In this document: piece after piece, positions 63,381 to 64,000 of the stretch | Position numbering within the stretch: the first letter of the stretch is position 1 | How the letters are laid out: each line of letters opens with the position of its first letter | DNA from: Pirellulales bacterium | GTDB taxonomy: Bacteria > Planctomycetota > Planctomycetia > Pirellulales > JAICIG01 | Assembly (NCBI GenBank): GCA_040901675.1 | Contig: JBBDYJ010000025.1 | Location: 95,943 to 159,942 of the forward strand | Length of the DNA: 64,000 nucleotides | Direction of reading: 5' to 3' | The notes under the pieces: generated by a model | What the model saw: the letters and a program-made list of their open reading frames with translations, nothing else | What the model was told of the DNA's origin: nothing | The model's database searches: none | Translations under genes and position numbers: made by a program

Positions 63381-64000
63381 TCAATGAGATCCGAAGCAGA
63401 ACAGGTCGCCCGTCTCGTTGCCGATCACCAGGCGGCCCGCCGCCACGGCCGGTGAGGCCGAAAAAGCTCCGCCCGCCTCGTACTCCCATACCTTGTCGCC
63501 GCTCTTCAGATCCAGCCCGTACACGCGGCCGTCGCCCGAGCCCACGTACACCCGCTGGCCCACCACCACGCACGACGAATCGACGCGCGACCGCGTGGTA
63601 AACGTCCACTGTTCGACCCCGTCCTTGGCATCGATGCCGTGGACCATCCGGTTCCGCCCGCCGAACACCACCAACCCCTCCGCCACCGCGGGCGCCGACT
63701 GGATCGGCTGCCTGCGCCTGGCGTGCTGATAGGTCCAGGCCACATCCGCCTCGCGCCAGTTGACCGCGAACAGCTTGCCCCCCTGCGTGCCGAAATAGAC
63801 GAAGTCGCCGGCCGCCGCCGGGGTGCTGTTCGTCGGGTCCTGGATCTCGACCTTGGCCACCGCCTTGCCCCGGTCCAAATCGATGATGTGCAGCTTGCCG
63901 TCGCAGCCGGCCAGGAAGCAGCGGTTTTCCATCACCGTCGGGGCGCACTGGATCATGTTGTCGATCGAGTACTTCCAGACCAGCTCGCCGTCGGCCGCAT
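63381..64000 (-). CDS. PQQ-type/BamB-like beta-propeller protein (5' part outside window)
   Basis: Repeated S.PAV...V..G..DG..Y..D...G...W blades. Confidence 0.88.
   Translation of the reverse strand, partial: AADGELVWKYSIDNMIQCAPTVMENRCFLAGCDGKLHIIDLDRGKAVAKVEIQDPTNSTPAAAGDFVYFGTQGGKLFAVNWREADVAWTYQHARRRQPIQSAPAVAEGLVVFGGRNRMVHGIDAKDGVEQWTFTTRSRVDSSCVVVGQRVYVGSGDGRVYGLDLKSGDKVWEYEAGGAFSASPAVAAGRLVIGNETGDLFCFGSH

Overview
High-GC bacterial window that looks planctomycetal (PSD1/planctomycete cytochrome c protein, two DUF1501 genes, a Hanks kinase with an ECF sigma factor, Uma2). It holds about 50 supportable CDS, including uvrB, nadC, an Lhr helicase, S9/S1C/M81 peptidases, an SSS symporter and a GH127 glycosidase. 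I found no rRNA, tRNA, CRISPR array or intact transposase. The strongest candidate for an undescribed system is a terpenoid/meroterpenoid-like locus. Block 44382-51567 encodes a class II (DxDD) squalene-hopene-cyclase-like enzyme, a DUF116-polyprenyl synthase fusion, a chorismate-lyase-like protein, a hot-dog thioesterase, a stand-alone prenyltransferase-beta-repeat protein and a divergent radical SAM/SPASM enzyme. Block 60397-64000 encodes a PQQ-type propeller, a HemN-like radical SAM, an orphan GcvH-like carrier and a 2x[4Fe-4S] ferredoxin, and may belong to the same pathway. Accessory material separates the blocks: an AbiE remnant, a TPR/beta-barrel gene beside a repeat protein, a heme-c kinase with ECF, and a repeat-bracketed Uma2. 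Intergenic DNA carries several REP-like hairpin families and heptamer arrays. Other oddities are a 151-bp duplicated gene end, a tandem pair of 23-codon peptide ends diverged mostly at synonymous sites, and several toxin-antitoxin-like remnants. All family assignments come from motif recognition by eye, not database searches.
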